64,000 nucleotides of DNA from positions 352,001 through 416,000 of the forward strand of contig OZ219785.1 of assembly GCA_964291285.2 (NCBI GenBank), written 5' to 3'. Within the stretch, counting starts at the first letter, position 1, and every line of letters begins with the position of its first letter. A program made the position numbers and the translations under genes. Under the pieces are notes generated by a model. That model had not been told where the DNA came from and did not search any database. It saw nothing but the letters and a program-made list of their open reading frames with translations. The stretch is from Alphaproteobacteria bacterium (GTDB lineage Bacteria; Pseudomonadota; Alphaproteobacteria; Bin95). Below, one piece after another: positions 38,400 through 49,401 of this stretch.

Positions 38400-38927
38400 T
38401 CAGGTCCGCCGCTTGGGCTTGCCGTGGACGTGGGGCGGCAACGGTTCCGGCGGACCGCCGGGGCGGAGCGGGCGGGGGGCGAAGCGGCCGAGGGTCAGCG
38501 CCCGGTCGTACATCACGATGGCGCCCGCCATGGCGACATTGACGCAGAAGGATGTGGGAATTTGCACGACATGGCTGCAGCGCTCCAGCACCGGCCCGGA
38601 GAGCGAGTCGCGCTCGGGACCCAGCACATAGGCCGCGCGGGCCGGATGGCGGAAGCTCGGCAGCGCCACAGCCTCGTCCAGCAGTTCCACGCCCACCAGC
38701 GCGCAGCCGCGCGGCAGCACCATGGCGTCCGCATCGGGAAAGGCATAGAGCGGCACCCGGCCCGGCGCACGGGACGTGTCGCCGCCGCCGCGCCCGGCCC
38801 CCTCGGCATAGCTCGCGCCCACGGTGAACAGGAAACTCGCGCCGAAGGCCTGCGCCGAGCGGAACAGGTTTCCGGCGTTGAGCGGCTTGCTCAGCCCCTC
38901 GACGCCGATGCCGAAATAGCCTTTCAT
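38400..38927 (-). CDS. TrmH/SpoU family RNA methyltransferase
   Basis: NAGNLFRSA, VLGPE, CVNVAMAG SPOUT motifs. Confidence 0.88.
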   Translation of the reverse strand: MKGYFGIGVEGLSKPLNAGNLFRSAQAFGASFLFTVGASYAEGAGRGGGDTSRAPGRVPLYAFPDADAMVLPRGCALVGVELLDEAVALPSFRHPARAAYVLGPERDSLSGPVLERCSHVVQIPTSFCVNVAMAGAIVMYDRALTLGRFAPRPLRPGGPPEPLPPHVHGKPKRRT

Positions 38928-38965
38928 GACGCGGCCGATTCTGGACATGGGAGGCGGGGCTGTCC

Positions 38966-39976
38966 ATGCGCGCGGTGGTCGTGGATGACTGGAAGCCGTT
39001 CGACGAACTCGAAATCCGGGAGATGCCGCCGCCCGAACTCGGGCCGCGGCATGTGCGCATCAGCGGACGCGCCTGCGGCGTCTCCTTCGCCATGTCGCTG
39101 GTGGTGCAGGGCCGTTACCAGCGCCGGCCGCCGCGCCCCTTCGTTCCGGGCAGCGAATATGCGGGCGTCGTCACCGAGGTCGGTGCCGAGGTCACGCGCT
39201 TCCGGCCGGGCGACCGGGTGCTGGCGGTGCTCGACTGGGGGGCGCTGGCGGAGGAGGCCGTCGCGCTGGAGGTGAACACCTTCGCGATCCCGGAAGCCAT
39301 GGAATTCCGCCACGCCATCGCCTTCACCAACTCCTACCACACCTCATATGCCGCGCTTTGCTGGCCGAACATGCTGCGGCTCGCCAAGGGCGAAACGCTG
39401 CTCGTGCACGGCGCGGCGGGCGGCGTCGGCATCGCGGCCGTCGAGATCGGCAAGATCGTCGGTGCGCGCGTCATCGGCACGGCCGGCTCGGAGGAGAAGC
39501 TGGCGGCCGCGCGCCGGCATGGCGCGGACCATGTCATCAACTACCGCGAGGCCGATTTCCGCGAGGAGGTGCTGGCGCTGACCGACGGGCGCGGCGCCGA
39601 TGTCATCTACGACCCGGTCGGCGGCGAGGTGTTCGAGCGCTCGCTGCGCTGCATCGCCTTCGAGGGGCGCATCATGCCGGTCGGCTTCGCCGGCGGCGCG
39701 ATCCAGCAGATCCCGGCCAATATCCTGCTGGTGAAGACGGTGAGCGTGATCGGGCTGAATTTCGGCACCTATGTCGGCTGGAGCCCGAACGACATCCGCT
39801 ACGAGGTCGAGGACCGGATGCGGGCCGGCATGACGCAGCTGTTCGCCTGGTTCGAGGAAGGCCGCCTCAAGCCGCATGTCGAGCAGACCTTCCCGCTGGA
39901 CGGGTTCCGGGACGCGATGGCGGCCGTGCTCGGACGCCGCGCGATCGGCCGGGTCGCCATCGTCATGGGGGCATAG
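38966..39976 (+). CDS. NADPH:quinone oxidoreductase family (MDR)
   Basis: PFVPGSEYAG, VHGAAGGVG, YDPVGG. Confidence 0.9.
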   Translation: MRAVVVDDWKPFDELEIREMPPPELGPRHVRISGRACGVSFAMSLVVQGRYQRRPPRPFVPGSEYAGVVTEVGAEVTRFRPGDRVLAVLDWGALAEEAVALEVNTFAIPEAMEFRHAIAFTNSYHTSYAALCWPNMLRLAKGETLLVHGAAGGVGIAAVEIGKIVGARVIGTAGSEEKLAAARRHGADHVINYREADFREEVLALTDGRGADVIYDPVGGEVFERSLRCIAFEGRIMPVGFAGGAIQQIPANILLVKTVSVIGLNFGTYVGWSPNDIRYEVEDRMRAGMTQLFAWFEEGRLKPHVEQTFPLDGFRDAMAAVLGRRAIGRVAIVMGA

Positions 39977-39978
39977 CG

Positions 39979-41052
39979 GTGGCGCGGACCGGCGTCGTTC
40001 CGGCCGGGCTTCTGGCGCTCCTTCTCGCCGCCTGCTCCGGCGTGGACCGCCCGGGCGTGCCCGCAACCGGGGCCGAGAGGCAGGAGGCGCGCCGCCTGTT
40101 GCAGGCGAGCGCCATTCCCCGGAACAGGCAGCTCGACGAAGCGGGCCAGCACGCCTCGCTCGCGCGCGTCGTCCGCCATATCCGCCCGGCGGCGCATCGC
40201 GTCTGCCAGCGCATGCGGGGCGCGAATTGCAGCGCGATCCTGACACGCAGCCCCATCCGCTCGAGAAGCCGGGAGATCAACGCCCATGTCGATGGCAGCC
40301 ACCGGGTGACGATGAATGCGGGCCTGCTGAGCGCCGCCGGGTCGGACGAGGAAATTGCGGCGGTGCTGGCGCACGAATACGGCCATGTCATCGCCGACCA
40401 TATCGACAAGCGCATGGAGGATGCCGGCGTCGGCGCGCTGGGCGGGCTTCTCGCGGGCACGCTCGTCGGGGCTGCGATCTGCGACCGGTCGGACGGGGAC
40501 TGCCTCGGACGGTCGGCGGAAACTTTCGGGAATCTTGGCATGGGCGTCGGTGCGCTCGCTTATTCGCAGCAGCACGAGCTGGAGGCGGACTACTATTCGG
40601 CGCTCATTCTGGCGGAAGCCGGCGTGCCGCTGGAGGCGGGCGAAAAGATGCTGCTGCGGCTCGCGCGCACCAGGGAGGGCCGGGAAGGCGGCTACGGCCC
40701 GCTCGGCATGGCGATGGCGCGCACGCATCCCGCGAATGACGAGCGCATCGCCCGCTGGATCGCAAACCGGCGCGCGCTCGAATACGCTCTTGCAAAGGGG
40801 CTTTTCACGGATGCCGAACTGGCCGCAGAAGCCAGACGCCTTGCAGCCGACACCGGCATCGACACGCGGTGGGCGAACCCCCGCACCGGACATAGCGGGA
40901 TCGTATCCGTGAAGAAATGGTGGCGCCGGCATGGCGGCGGTGGTGACTGTATTCACTATCATTGGAAGAGCTGGCAGGCAGCGGGACGCGCGGAAACACA
41001 AGGCGAGGAAACGGCCTGCAGACGGGACGGCGGACCGTGGCGGACGGGATAG
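39979..41052 (+). CDS. M48 family metallopeptidase lipoprotein with C-terminal 17-kDa-antigen-like domain
   Basis: LAAC lipobox, INA, AHEYGH, ELEAD, THP...RI; C-terminal WANPRTGHSG...ACR. Confidence 0.8.
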   Translation: MARTGVVPAGLLALLLAACSGVDRPGVPATGAERQEARRLLQASAIPRNRQLDEAGQHASLARVVRHIRPAAHRVCQRMRGANCSAILTRSPIRSRSREINAHVDGSHRVTMNAGLLSAAGSDEEIAAVLAHEYGHVIADHIDKRMEDAGVGALGGLLAGTLVGAAICDRSDGDCLGRSAETFGNLGMGVGALAYSQQHELEADYYSALILAEAGVPLEAGEKMLLRLARTREGREGGYGPLGMAMARTHPANDERIARWIANRRALEYALAKGLFTDAELAAEARRLAADTGIDTRWANPRTGHSGIVSVKKWWRRHGGGGDCIHYHWKSWQAAGRAETQGEETACRRDGGPWRTG

Positions 41053-43964
41053 CCGCAGAGCGCAGAGCCGGCGCCCGGATCGGTGATCCCCGGCTGGCGG
41101 CGCGGCTTCGCGCGGAGATCGAAGGCGAGGTGCTGTTCGATCCGTTCGAGCGCGGGCGCTATGCCACGGACGCCTCGATCTACCAGATAGAGCCTGTCGG
41201 GGTCGTGCGGCCGCGCTCGGCCGCCGATGTCGAGGCGGCCATGGCGATCGCGCGCGAGGAGGGCGTGCCGGTGCTGCCGCGCGGCGGCGGCACCTCGCAG
41301 GCGGGCCAGACCGTCGGCGAGGCGCTGGTGCTCGACTGTTCGGCGCATCTGGACCGCATCCTGGAGGTCGATGCCGGGAGCCGGCGGGCGCGGGTCGAGC
41401 CGGGCGTCGTGCTCGGCCGGCTGAATGCGCGGCTCCGCCGGGACGGCCTCATGTTCCCGATCGATATCTCCACCGCCAGCAGGGCCACACTCGGCGGCAT
41501 GGCGGCGAACAATTCCTGCGGTTCGCGCTCGATCCGCTACGGCAACATGGTCCACAACACCCACGCCGTCGAGGCGATCCTGGCGGACGGCAGCCGCCAC
41601 CGCTTCGCCAATGTACCGGGCAATCTCGGCTCCGGCGGCGGCACGCCCGGCTATATCGACCTCGTGCGCCGGGTGCGCGCCATCGCCGAGCGCGAGCGGG
41701 ACGCCATCGCGCGGGGCTTCCCGGACGTGCTGCGCAAGGTCGGCGGCTACAATCTCGAAAGCGTCGATGCCGCCGGACACAATATGGCCCACCTGCTGGT
41801 GGGCTCAGAGGGCACGCTCGGCTTCTTCACCGCCATAGAGGTCGATCTCCAGCCCGTGCCGCCGCACAGGGTGCTGGGCGTGTGCCACTTTCCGCGCTTC
41901 CGCGACGCCATGGACGCCGTGCCCCGGCTGGTGGCGCTCGGCCCCGATGCGGTCGAGCTGGTGGACCGCACCATCATCGAGCTCGGGCGCGGCATCCAGA
42001 TGTTCCGCGAGACCGTGCATGAGGTCGTGCAGGGACGGCCGGACGCGCTGCTGCTGGTCGAGTTCGCCGGCGAAGACAGTGCGGCGCTGCTCTCCCGGCT
42101 GGAGGCGCTCGACGACGCGATGAGCGACCTCGGCCACCCGGGCGCCGTGGTCCGGGCCGTCGATCCGGCGCTCCAGGCCCGCATCTGGGGCGTGCGCGAG
42201 GCGGGGCTCAACATCGTCATGTCGATGAAGACCGAGGGCAAGCCGGTCTCCTTCATCGAGGACTGCGCCGTGCCGCTGGAGGACCTGGGCGACTTCACCG
42301 ACCGGCTGACGCGCGTCTTCGAGAAACACGGCACGACCGGCACCTGGTACGCCCACGCCTCGGTCGGCCTGCTGCATGTGCGCCCGGTGCTGAACCTGAA
42401 GCAGCCGCAGGGGGCGGCGGCCATGCGCGCCATCGCGGAGGAAGCCTTCGCCATGGTGCGCGAATACAAGGGCAGCCATTCCGGCGAGCATGGCGACGGC
42501 ATCATCCGCTCGGAGTTCCACGAGCGCATGTTCGGGCCGGCACTGGTGCGCGCCTTCGAGGAGGTGAAGGACGCCTTCGACCCCGGAGGCCTCTTCAACC
42601 CCGGCAAGATCGTCCGCCCGCCCCGGATGGACGACCGCGCGCTCTTCCGCTTCAAGCCGGGCTATGCGGCCGCCCCGCTCGCGCCGGCGCTCGACTGGTC
42701 CGAGTGGCCGGGCGGCTTCCTCGGCGCAGCCGAGATGTGCAACAACAACGGCGCCTGCCGGAAGGCCGATCCCGGCGTGATGTGCCCCTCCTTCCGGGCG
42801 ACCGGGCGGGAGCGGGACCTGACGCGCGGGCGCGCCAACACGCTGCGCCTGGCGCTTTCCGGCCAGCTCGGCGCGGATGCGCTCGTCTCCGACGACATGG
42901 CGCGGACCATGGAGCTCTGCGTCGGCTGCAAGGGCTGCCGGCGCGAATGCCCGACCGGGGTGGACATGGCGCGGATGAAGGTCGAGTTCCTGCACCAGTA
43001 CAAGGCCCGGCGGGGCCTGACGCTGAGGGACCGGCTGGTGTCCTCCCTGCCCCATTACGCGCCGTGGCTGGCGCCGCTCGCCCCGCTGCTCAACGCCGCC
43101 GAGCGGGCCCTGCCGCTGCGCGCGCTGCGCGAACGCGCCACCGGCTTCTCCCGGCATCGCCGGCTGCCGGCCTGGCGGCGGGACCGCTTCGACCCGGTCG
43201 AGAGCGGGGAGCCGGCGAACGGGCAGCCGGAGGCCGTGCTGTTCGCCGATTGCTTCAACACCGCCTTCGAGCCGGAGAATGCGCGCGCGGCCGTGGCCGT
43301 GCTGGAGGCGGCAGGCTTCCGCGTGCGCCATCCGCGCGGGGCCGGCGGCGGCCGCCCTCCCTGTTGCGGGCGGAGCTGGCTCGCTGCGGGCCGGGTCGAC
43401 CGGGCGCGGGCCGAGATGCGCCGCTCCGTCGCCATGCTGCTGCCCCATGCCGAGGCCGGCACGCCCATCGTCGGGCTCGAACCGTCCTGCCTGTTCACCT
43501 TCCGCGACGAGCTCCAGGCCGTGCTGCCGGGGCCGGAGAGCGCCCGCGTCGGGGAAAGCGCCGTCATGCTGGAGAGCCTGGTTTCGGAAGGAGAGGCGGC
43601 GGACCGGCTGGCCTCCCGGCTCAAGGCCCTGCCGGAAGGCCGCGCGCTCGTCCATGCCCATTGCCACCGCAAGAGCTTCGACGGGCCGGATGCCGTGCTG
43701 GCCGCGCTCTCGCTGGTGCCGGGGCTGGAGCCGGAGCTGGTCGAGAACTCCTGCTGCGGCATGGCCGGCAGCTTCGGCTATGAGGCCGAGCATTACGAGG
43801 TTTCGATGAAGATGGCCGAGGCGGCGCTGCTGCCGGCCGTGCGGGCCGAGGGGCGGGACACGCTCATCGCCGCCGACGGCACAAGCTGCCGCCACCAGAT
43901 CGCCGACGGCGCCGGCAGGGCGGCCGAACATCCCGCACGCATTCTCGAAAGGGCGCTTGCATGA
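41037..43964 (+). CDS. FAD-binding and (Fe-S)-binding oxidoreductase (YdiJ-like)
   Basis: YATDASIY, PRGGGTSQAGQ, SGEHGDG, CNNNGACRK, CVGCKGCRRECP, CCGMAGSFG. Confidence 0.9.
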   Translation: MADGIAAERRAGARIGDPRLAARLRAEIEGEVLFDPFERGRYATDASIYQIEPVGVVRPRSAADVEAAMAIAREEGVPVLPRGGGTSQAGQTVGEALVLDCSAHLDRILEVDAGSRRARVEPGVVLGRLNARLRRDGLMFPIDISTASRATLGGMAANNSCGSRSIRYGNMVHNTHAVEAILADGSRHRFANVPGNLGSGGGTPGYIDLVRRVRAIAERERDAIARGFPDVLRKVGGYNLESVDAAGHNMAHLLVGSEGTLGFFTAIEVDLQPVPPHRVLGVCHFPRFRDAMDAVPRLVALGPDAVELVDRTIIELGRGIQMFRETVHEVVQGRPDALLLVEFAGEDSAALLSRLEALDDAMSDLGHPGAVVRAVDPALQARIWGVREAGLNIVMSMKTEGKPVSFIEDCAVPLEDLGDFTDRLTRVFEKHGTTGTWYAHASVGLLHVRPVLNLKQPQGAAAMRAIAEEAFAMVREYKGSHSGEHGDGIIRSEFHERMFGPALVRAFEEVKDAFDPGGLFNPGKIVRPPRMDDRALFRFKPGYAAAPLAPALDWSEWPGGFLGAAEMCNNNGACRKADPGVMCPSFRATGRERDLTRGRANTLRLALSGQLGADALVSDDMARTMELCVGCKGCRRECPTGVDMARMKVEFLHQYKARRGLTLRDRLVSSLPHYAPWLAPLAPLLNAAERALPLRALRERATGFSRHRRLPAWRRDRFDPVESGEPANGQPEAVLFADCFNTAFEPENARAAVAVLEAAGFRVRHPRGAGGGRPPCCGRSWLAAGRVDRARAEMRRSVAMLLPHAEAGTPIVGLEPSCLFTFRDELQAVLPGPESARVGESAVMLESLVSEGEAADRLASRLKALPEGRALVHAHCHRKSFDGPDAVLAALSLVPGLEPELVENSCCGMAGSFGYEAEHYEVSMKMAEAALLPAVRAEGRDTLIAADGTSCRHQIADGAGRAAEHPARILERALA

Positions 43965-44605
43965 CCGCAATCCATGTCTGGGGCATCGTCTCCACCCGCG
44001 CGCTCCGCGTCCACTGGACCCTGCAGGAACTCGGCCTGACATACGGGACGACGCCGATCCGCACCCGCACGCCGGAGCAGACGGCGCCCGCCTACCGCGC
44101 CGTCAATCTGCTGCACAAGATCCCGACAATGGAGATCGACGGCGTGCGCTACACCGAGTCCGGCGCCATCGCGCTGGAGCTTGCGGCGCGTTTCCGCGAC
44201 CGGGCGGACCTCTGGCCGGAAGCCGAGCGCGCCCGGGTGCTGGAATGGTGCTTCTACGTGGCGATGGAGCTGGACGCGACCTCGCTCTACGTCATCCGCC
44301 GCCACGGCGACCTTTCGGAAATCTACGGCGAGGCGCCGGTCGCGGTGTCGGGCGCGCGCGAATACTGGCTGAAGCAGGCGGCCAAGGCCGAAGCGGCGCT
44401 CGCCGACGGCCGGCCGTGGCTGCTGGGCGAGGCCTTCTCGGTCGCCGACATCATGCTGGGGTCCTGCCTCGGCTGGGCCGGCCGCCGCGACGTCGCCGTG
44501 CCGCAAGCCCTCCGGGACTACGACGCCCGCCTCCACGCCCGCCCCGGCCGCCAGCGCGCCGAGGAAGCAAACGAAGGCCGGATGGATACGACGGCGGGCG
44601 GGTAG
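43961..44605 (+). CDS. Glutathione S-transferase family protein
   Basis: RALRVHWTLQELGL, KIPT, ESGAI, FSVADI. Confidence 0.88.
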   Translation: MTAIHVWGIVSTRALRVHWTLQELGLTYGTTPIRTRTPEQTAPAYRAVNLLHKIPTMEIDGVRYTESGAIALELAARFRDRADLWPEAERARVLEWCFYVAMELDATSLYVIRRHGDLSEIYGEAPVAVSGAREYWLKQAAKAEAALADGRPWLLGEAFSVADIMLGSCLGWAGRRDVAVPQALRDYDARLHARPGRQRAEEANEGRMDTTAGG

Positions 44606-44645
44606 CGCGCGACAACGGCAACCGGGCTCGCACCGCCCTGCCGCC

Positions 44646-45785
44646 TCACTCCGTCAGGTCGTCCCAGAGTTCGCGGACGCGGGAGAAGAAGCCTTCGGTC
44701 TCGGGGGTCCGGTTCTGGCCGCCGCCTTCCTTCTCGAATTCGCGCAGCAGCTCGGCCTGGCGGCGCGTGAGGTTGACCGGCGTCTCGACCCGGACCGTCA
44801 CCAGCATGTCGCCGCGCTGGCGGGTGTTCAGCACGGTCATGCCCTTGCCGCGCAGCCGGAAGCGGTTGCCGGACTGGGTGCCCGGCGGCAGGTCGATGCG
44901 CGCGCGCCGGCCTTCCACGGTCGGCACTTCGGCCATCCCGCCGAGCGCCGCCGCCGTCATCGATACCGGGACCTCGCAATGGATATGCGGTCCCTCCCGG
45001 TCGAACACCGGATGGTCCTCGACATCGAGGAAGATATAGAGGTCGCCGGGCGGGCCGCCACGCTCGCCGGCTTCACCCTCGCCGGCAAGGCGGATGCGGT
45101 TGCCGGCCTCGACGCCGGCGGGGATGGTGACCGTCAGCGTGCGCGTCCGATGCACCCAGCCCCGGCCCGAGCAGGTCCGGCAAGGGTCGCGCACCGTCTC
45201 TCCCGTGCCCTGGCAGGCCGGGCAGGTGCGCTCCACGGTGAAGAAGCCCTGGCTCGCCCTGATCCGGCCGGTGCCGTTGCAGGTCGAACAGGTGATAGGC
45301 GGCGCACCGCCGGCGGAACCGGTGCCGAAACAGGCCTCGCAGGACACCGTGCCCGGCACCTCGATGGTCGCCTGCTTGCCCTGGAAGGCTTCCTCTAGGG
45401 TGATGCGCATGTTGTAGCGCATGTCTGCGCCCTGGCGCCGCCCGCCGCGTCCCCGCCGCCTTCCGGCGAGGTCGCCGAACATCTCGTCGAAAATGTCGCC
45501 GAAACTGGAGCCGAAGCCGAAATCGAACCCGGGACTGGCGCCGCCGCCCTGCGCACGCTGCGTGAAGGCCTCATGGCCCAGCCGGTCATAGACCTGGCGC
45601 TGCTCCGGGTCCTTCAGGACATCGTAGGCTTCGTTGATCTCCTTGAAGCGCGCCTCGGCGGCACTGTCGTCCGGGTTCCGGTCCGGGTGGTATTCCTTCG
45701 CCAGCCTGCGATAGGCGCGTTTCAGGTCGTCCGCGCTCGCCGTCGGGGACGCGCCCAGGACTTCGTAGAAGTCTCGCCCGGCCAT
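44646..45785 (-). CDS. dnaJ: Chaperone DnaJ
   Basis: HPD J-domain, four CxxCxGxG repeats. Confidence 0.97.
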   Translation of the reverse strand: MAGRDFYEVLGASPTASADDLKRAYRRLAKEYHPDRNPDDSAAEARFKEINEAYDVLKDPEQRQVYDRLGHEAFTQRAQGGGASPGFDFGFGSSFGDIFDEMFGDLAGRRRGRGGRRQGADMRYNMRITLEEAFQGKQATIEVPGTVSCEACFGTGSAGGAPPITCSTCNGTGRIRASQGFFTVERTCPACQGTGETVRDPCRTCSGRGWVHRTRTLTVTIPAGVEAGNRIRLAGEGEAGERGGPPGDLYIFLDVEDHPVFDREGPHIHCEVPVSMTAAALGGMAEVPTVEGRRARIDLPPGTQSGNRFRLRGKGMTVLNTRQRGDMLVTVRVETPVNLTRRQAELLREFEKEGGGQNRTPETEGFFSRVRELWDDLTE

Positions 45786-45806
45786 CGGAGCCGCCGCCCG
45801 GCCGGG

Positions 45807-47735
45807 TCAGGCGGAGCGTTTCTGGGCGTCGTCGGTGTCGTCCACTTCCTCGAAATCGGCATCGACCACGCCGTCGTCGCCGCCGCCCGCGCCGGCGTCC
45901 GGGCCGTCCGGCCCGCCGCCCGCCTCTTCCTGCTGCGCGGCATACATGGCCTCGCCGAGCTTCATGGCGGCTGCGGCAAGCGCGGCGGTCTTCTCCTGGA
46001 TCCCGGCGGCGTCCTCGCCGTCCTTGACATCCTTCACCGCCTGGAGCGCCTCCTCGATCGCCGCCTTGTCGTCGGCGCCGATCTTGTCGCCATGCTCCTC
46101 GAGCTGCCGCTCGGTGGTGTGGATCAGGCCCTCGGCCTGGTTGCGCGCCTCGGCGAGCTCGCGGCGGTTGCGGTCCTCTTCCGCATTGGCCTCGGCCTCC
46201 TGCACCATCCGGTCGATCTCGGCATCGGAAAGCCCGCCGGACGCCTCGATGCGGATCGCCTGCTCCTTGCCGGTCGCCTTGTCCTTGGCGGACACATTGA
46301 CGATGCCGTTGGCGTCGATGTCGAACGTCACCTCGACCTGCGGCACGCCGCGCGGCGCGGGCGGGATGCCCACGAGGTCGAACTGGCCGAGCAGCTTGTT
46401 GTCGGCCGCCATTTCGCGTTCGCCCTGCGAGACGCGGATCGTCACCGCATTCTGGTTGTCCTCGGCCGTCGAGAAGGTCTGGCTCTTCTTGGTCGGGATC
46501 GTGGTGTTGCGGTCGATCAGCCGGGTGAACACGCCGCCCAGCGTCTCGATGCCGAGCGACAGCGGCGTCACGTCGAGCAGCAGCACGTCCTTTACGTCGC
46601 CCCTCAGCACACCGGCCTGGATCGCGGCGCCCAGCGCCACCACCTCGTCCGGATTGACGCCGCGATGCGGCTCCCGGCCGAAGAAGGTCTTCACCGTCTC
46701 GATCACCTTGGGCATCCGCGTCATGCCGCCCACCAGCACGACCTCGGAAATGTCGGCGGCGCGCAGGCCCGCATCCTCCAGCGCCTTCCGGCAGGGCCCG
46801 ACGGTGCGCTGGACCAGGTCCTCCACCAACGCCTCCAGCTTGGCGCGCGAAAGCTTGATGTTGAGGTGCTTCGGCCCGGACTGGTCAGCCGTGATGAAGG
46901 GCAGGTTGATCTCGGTCTGCGTGGTGGAACTCAGCTCGATCTTGGCCTTCTCCGCCGCCTCCTTGAGGCGCTGCAGGGCGAGCTTGTCGCCGCGCAGATC
47001 GATTCCCTGTTCCTTGCGGAACTCTTCGGCCAGATATTCGATGATGCGGTTGTCGAAGTCCTCGCCGCCGAGATGGGTGTCGCCATTGGTGGACTTGACC
47101 TCGAAAACGCCGTCGCCGATCTCCAGCACGGAAACGTCGAAGGTGCCGCCGCCGAGGTCATAGACGGCGATGACGCCGCCTTCCTTCTTGTCGAGGCCGT
47201 AGGCGAGCGCGGCCGCGGTCGGCTCGTTGACGATGCGCAGCACCTCCAGGCCGGCGATACGGCCGGCGTCCTTGGTCGCCTGGCGCTGGGAATCGTTGAA
47301 ATAGGCCGGCACGGTAATGACCGCGTCGGTCACCGTCTCGCCGAGAAACGCCTCCGCCGTTTCCTTCATCTTCTGGAGGATGAAGGCGCTGATCTGGCTG
47401 GGCGCGAAGTTCTCCTCGCCGGCCTTCACCCAGGCGTCGCCATTGTCCGCCCTGACCAGCGCGAAGGGCAGGACGCCCTTTTCCTCCTGGATCACCGGGT
47501 CCTGGTAGGTGCGGCCGATCAGGCGCTTGATGCCGAACAGGGTGTTGGCCGGGTTGGTCACCGCCTGGCGCTTGGCGGGCTGGCCGACAAGGCGTTCGCC
47601 GTCCCCGGTCACGGCCACCATGGAAGGCGTGGTCCTCGCGCCCTCGGTGTTCTCGATGACCCTGGGTTCGCTGCCGTCCATCACGGCGACGCAGGAATTG
47701 GTCGTGCCGAGATCGATTCCGATAACCTTGCTCAT
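45807..47735 (-). CDS. dnaK: Chaperone DnaK
   Basis: [27 protein letters not shown]. Confidence 0.98.
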   Translation of the reverse strand: MSKVIGIDLGTTNSCVAVMDGSEPRVIENTEGARTTPSMVAVTGDGERLVGQPAKRQAVTNPANTLFGIKRLIGRTYQDPVIQEEKGVLPFALVRADNGDAWVKAGEENFAPSQISAFILQKMKETAEAFLGETVTDAVITVPAYFNDSQRQATKDAGRIAGLEVLRIVNEPTAAALAYGLDKKEGGVIAVYDLGGGTFDVSVLEIGDGVFEVKSTNGDTHLGGEDFDNRIIEYLAEEFRKEQGIDLRGDKLALQRLKEAAEKAKIELSSTTQTEINLPFITADQSGPKHLNIKLSRAKLEALVEDLVQRTVGPCRKALEDAGLRAADISEVVLVGGMTRMPKVIETVKTFFGREPHRGVNPDEVVALGAAIQAGVLRGDVKDVLLLDVTPLSLGIETLGGVFTRLIDRNTTIPTKKSQTFSTAEDNQNAVTIRVSQGEREMAADNKLLGQFDLVGIPPAPRGVPQVEVTFDIDANGIVNVSAKDKATGKEQAIRIEASGGLSDAEIDRMVQEAEANAEEDRNRRELAEARNQAEGLIHTTERQLEEHGDKIGADDKAAIEEALQAVKDVKDGEDAAGIQEKTAALAAAAMKLGEAMYAAQQEEAGGGPDGPDAGAGGGDDGVVDADFEEVDDTDDAQKRSA

Positions 47736-47852
47736 GAAGCCCGTCCCTACCCGTGAGGCGAACCCGGACCGCCTGGCGGTGCAGCGCCTGTCCCGGCTCC
47801 CTTCGATGACACTGAAAAATCGGGCCCGCGCCCGACCTCCCGTTGCGCGGGT

Positions 47853-47881
47853 ATATATGGACGCCCCTTTTGCCCTACAAG
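47853..47881 (-). promoter_or_regulatory. RpoH-type heat-shock promoter of dnaK
   Basis: CTTG-17 nt-CCATATAT on the minus strand. Confidence 0.6.
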
Positions 47882-47933
47882 ACCCGGGCGCCTCGCTCGA
47901 GGTGCGGCAAAAAATGCCAATTCAGGCGAAAAA

Positions 47934-48758
47934 ATGACAAAGACCGTCATTTCCGCAAGCTATCGCACGGACATTCCGGCCTTTTACGGCGAATGGTTCG
48001 CCCGCCGCCGCGCCGCCGGTCATGCGCTGGTCCGGAACCCGTGGTCCGGCAGTGTCTACCGGGTGGACCTCCGGCCCGAAGCCGTCGCCGGCTATGTCTT
48101 CTGGACCCGCAATCCCGCCCCCTTCATGCCCGTGCTGGCGGGGCTGGAGCGGCCCTTCGCCGTCCAGTTCACGATCACCGGCTACGGACGCCGGCTCGAG
48201 CCCTCGGTGCCCCGGCCCGAACACGCCGTCGAGGCCGCCCATGCGCTCGCCGCGCTTTACGGCCCCCGATGCGTCGTCTGGCGCTACGACCCGATCCTGT
48301 CGCCCACCCAGGACCATGTCGAGGCCGCCGGACGGCTGGCCGAATCGCTGCGGGGCGCGACCGACGAATGCGTGGTCTCCTTCGCATCCTTCTACCGCAA
48401 GACAACCCGCAACCTGGCGGCGGCCGGCTTCGCCTGGGAGGAACCGGCGCCCGACCGCCGCCTTCCGTTGATCGAAGCGCTGGCGGACGCGGTTTCGCCG
48501 CTCCGCCTCACCGTCTGCGCACAGCCGGAGCTGACCGTAGGCGCGGCCGAGCCGGCGCGCTGCATCGATCCGGCCCGGCTCGGCCTCGGCCCGCTTCCGG
48601 AAAAGGGCAACCGGCCCGGCTGCGCCTGCGCCGCCAGCCGGGACATCGGCGCCTACGACACCTGCCCGCACGGCTGCCTTTACTGCTACGCCAATGCCTC
48701 GCCCCGCGCCGCCCGGCGCCGCTTCAGGGCGCACGACCCCGAAGCGGAGATGCTCTGA
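47934..48758 (+). CDS. DUF1848 domain protein
   Basis: ISASYRTDIPAFY, FWTRNP, WRYDP, DIGAYDTCPHGCLYCYA. Confidence 0.9.
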   Translation: MTKTVISASYRTDIPAFYGEWFARRRAAGHALVRNPWSGSVYRVDLRPEAVAGYVFWTRNPAPFMPVLAGLERPFAVQFTITGYGRRLEPSVPRPEHAVEAAHALAALYGPRCVVWRYDPILSPTQDHVEAAGRLAESLRGATDECVVSFASFYRKTTRNLAAAGFAWEEPAPDRRLPLIEALADAVSPLRLTVCAQPELTVGAAEPARCIDPARLGLGPLPEKGNRPGCACAASRDIGAYDTCPHGCLYCYANASPRAARRRFRAHDPEAEML

Positions 48759-48768
48759 ACGGCCGTCT

Positions 48769-49401
48769 TCACCCCTTCGCGACGGCTTCCAGCATGCCCC
48801 CGACGGCCGTTTCGAACATGGCCGCGGTCAGCCGTCCGGTATTGGTGTTGTAGCGCGAGCAATGGTAGCTGTCGGCGAGCAGCCGGCCGCAGCCGAGCCG
48901 GTGCAGCGCCCCGTGGGCGAACGGCCGGGCGGCGCGCCGCTCGCCGAGCGCGGCAAGCACCGCGTCATGGGCGACGCGCCCGAGCGCCAGCACCGCGCCC
49001 CCGCCGGGCAGAGCTTCGAGTTCGCCCGCAAGGAAGGGACGGCAAGCGGCCACCTCCGCGCCGACGGGCCTGTTCTGCGGCGGGACGCAGCGCACCGCAT
49101 TGACGATGCGGCAGCCGGTGAGCGTGAAGCCGTCTTCGGCATGGCCGCCATAGTTTCCCCGCGCCAGGCCGAACTTCAGCAGCGTCGCGAACAGCAGGTC
49201 GCCGGCATAGTCGCCGGTGAAGGGCCTGCCGGTCCGGTTCGCGCCGCGCAGGCCGGGCGCAAGGCCGACGATCAGCACCTTCACCCCGCGCGGCCCGAAG
49301 CCCGGCACGGGAGCATTGAACCAGCCGGGCTCCGCTTGCCGCCAGTGATGGCGGAACGCCCGGAGGCGTGGACAGAAGGGACAGTCCGGATCAGGCTCCA
49401 T
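48769..49401 (-). CDS. Uracil-DNA glycosylase, family 5 (UdgB-like)
   Basis: CPFCPRL, GLAPGLRGANRTGRPFTGD, SYHCSRYNTNTG. Confidence 0.9.
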   Translation of the reverse strand: MEPDPDCPFCPRLRAFRHHWRQAEPGWFNAPVPGFGPRGVKVLIVGLAPGLRGANRTGRPFTGDYAGDLLFATLLKFGLARGNYGGHAEDGFTLTGCRIVNAVRCVPPQNRPVGAEVAACRPFLAGELEALPGGGAVLALGRVAHDAVLAALGERRAARPFAHGALHRLGCGRLLADSYHCSRYNTNTGRLTAAMFETAVGGMLEAVAKG

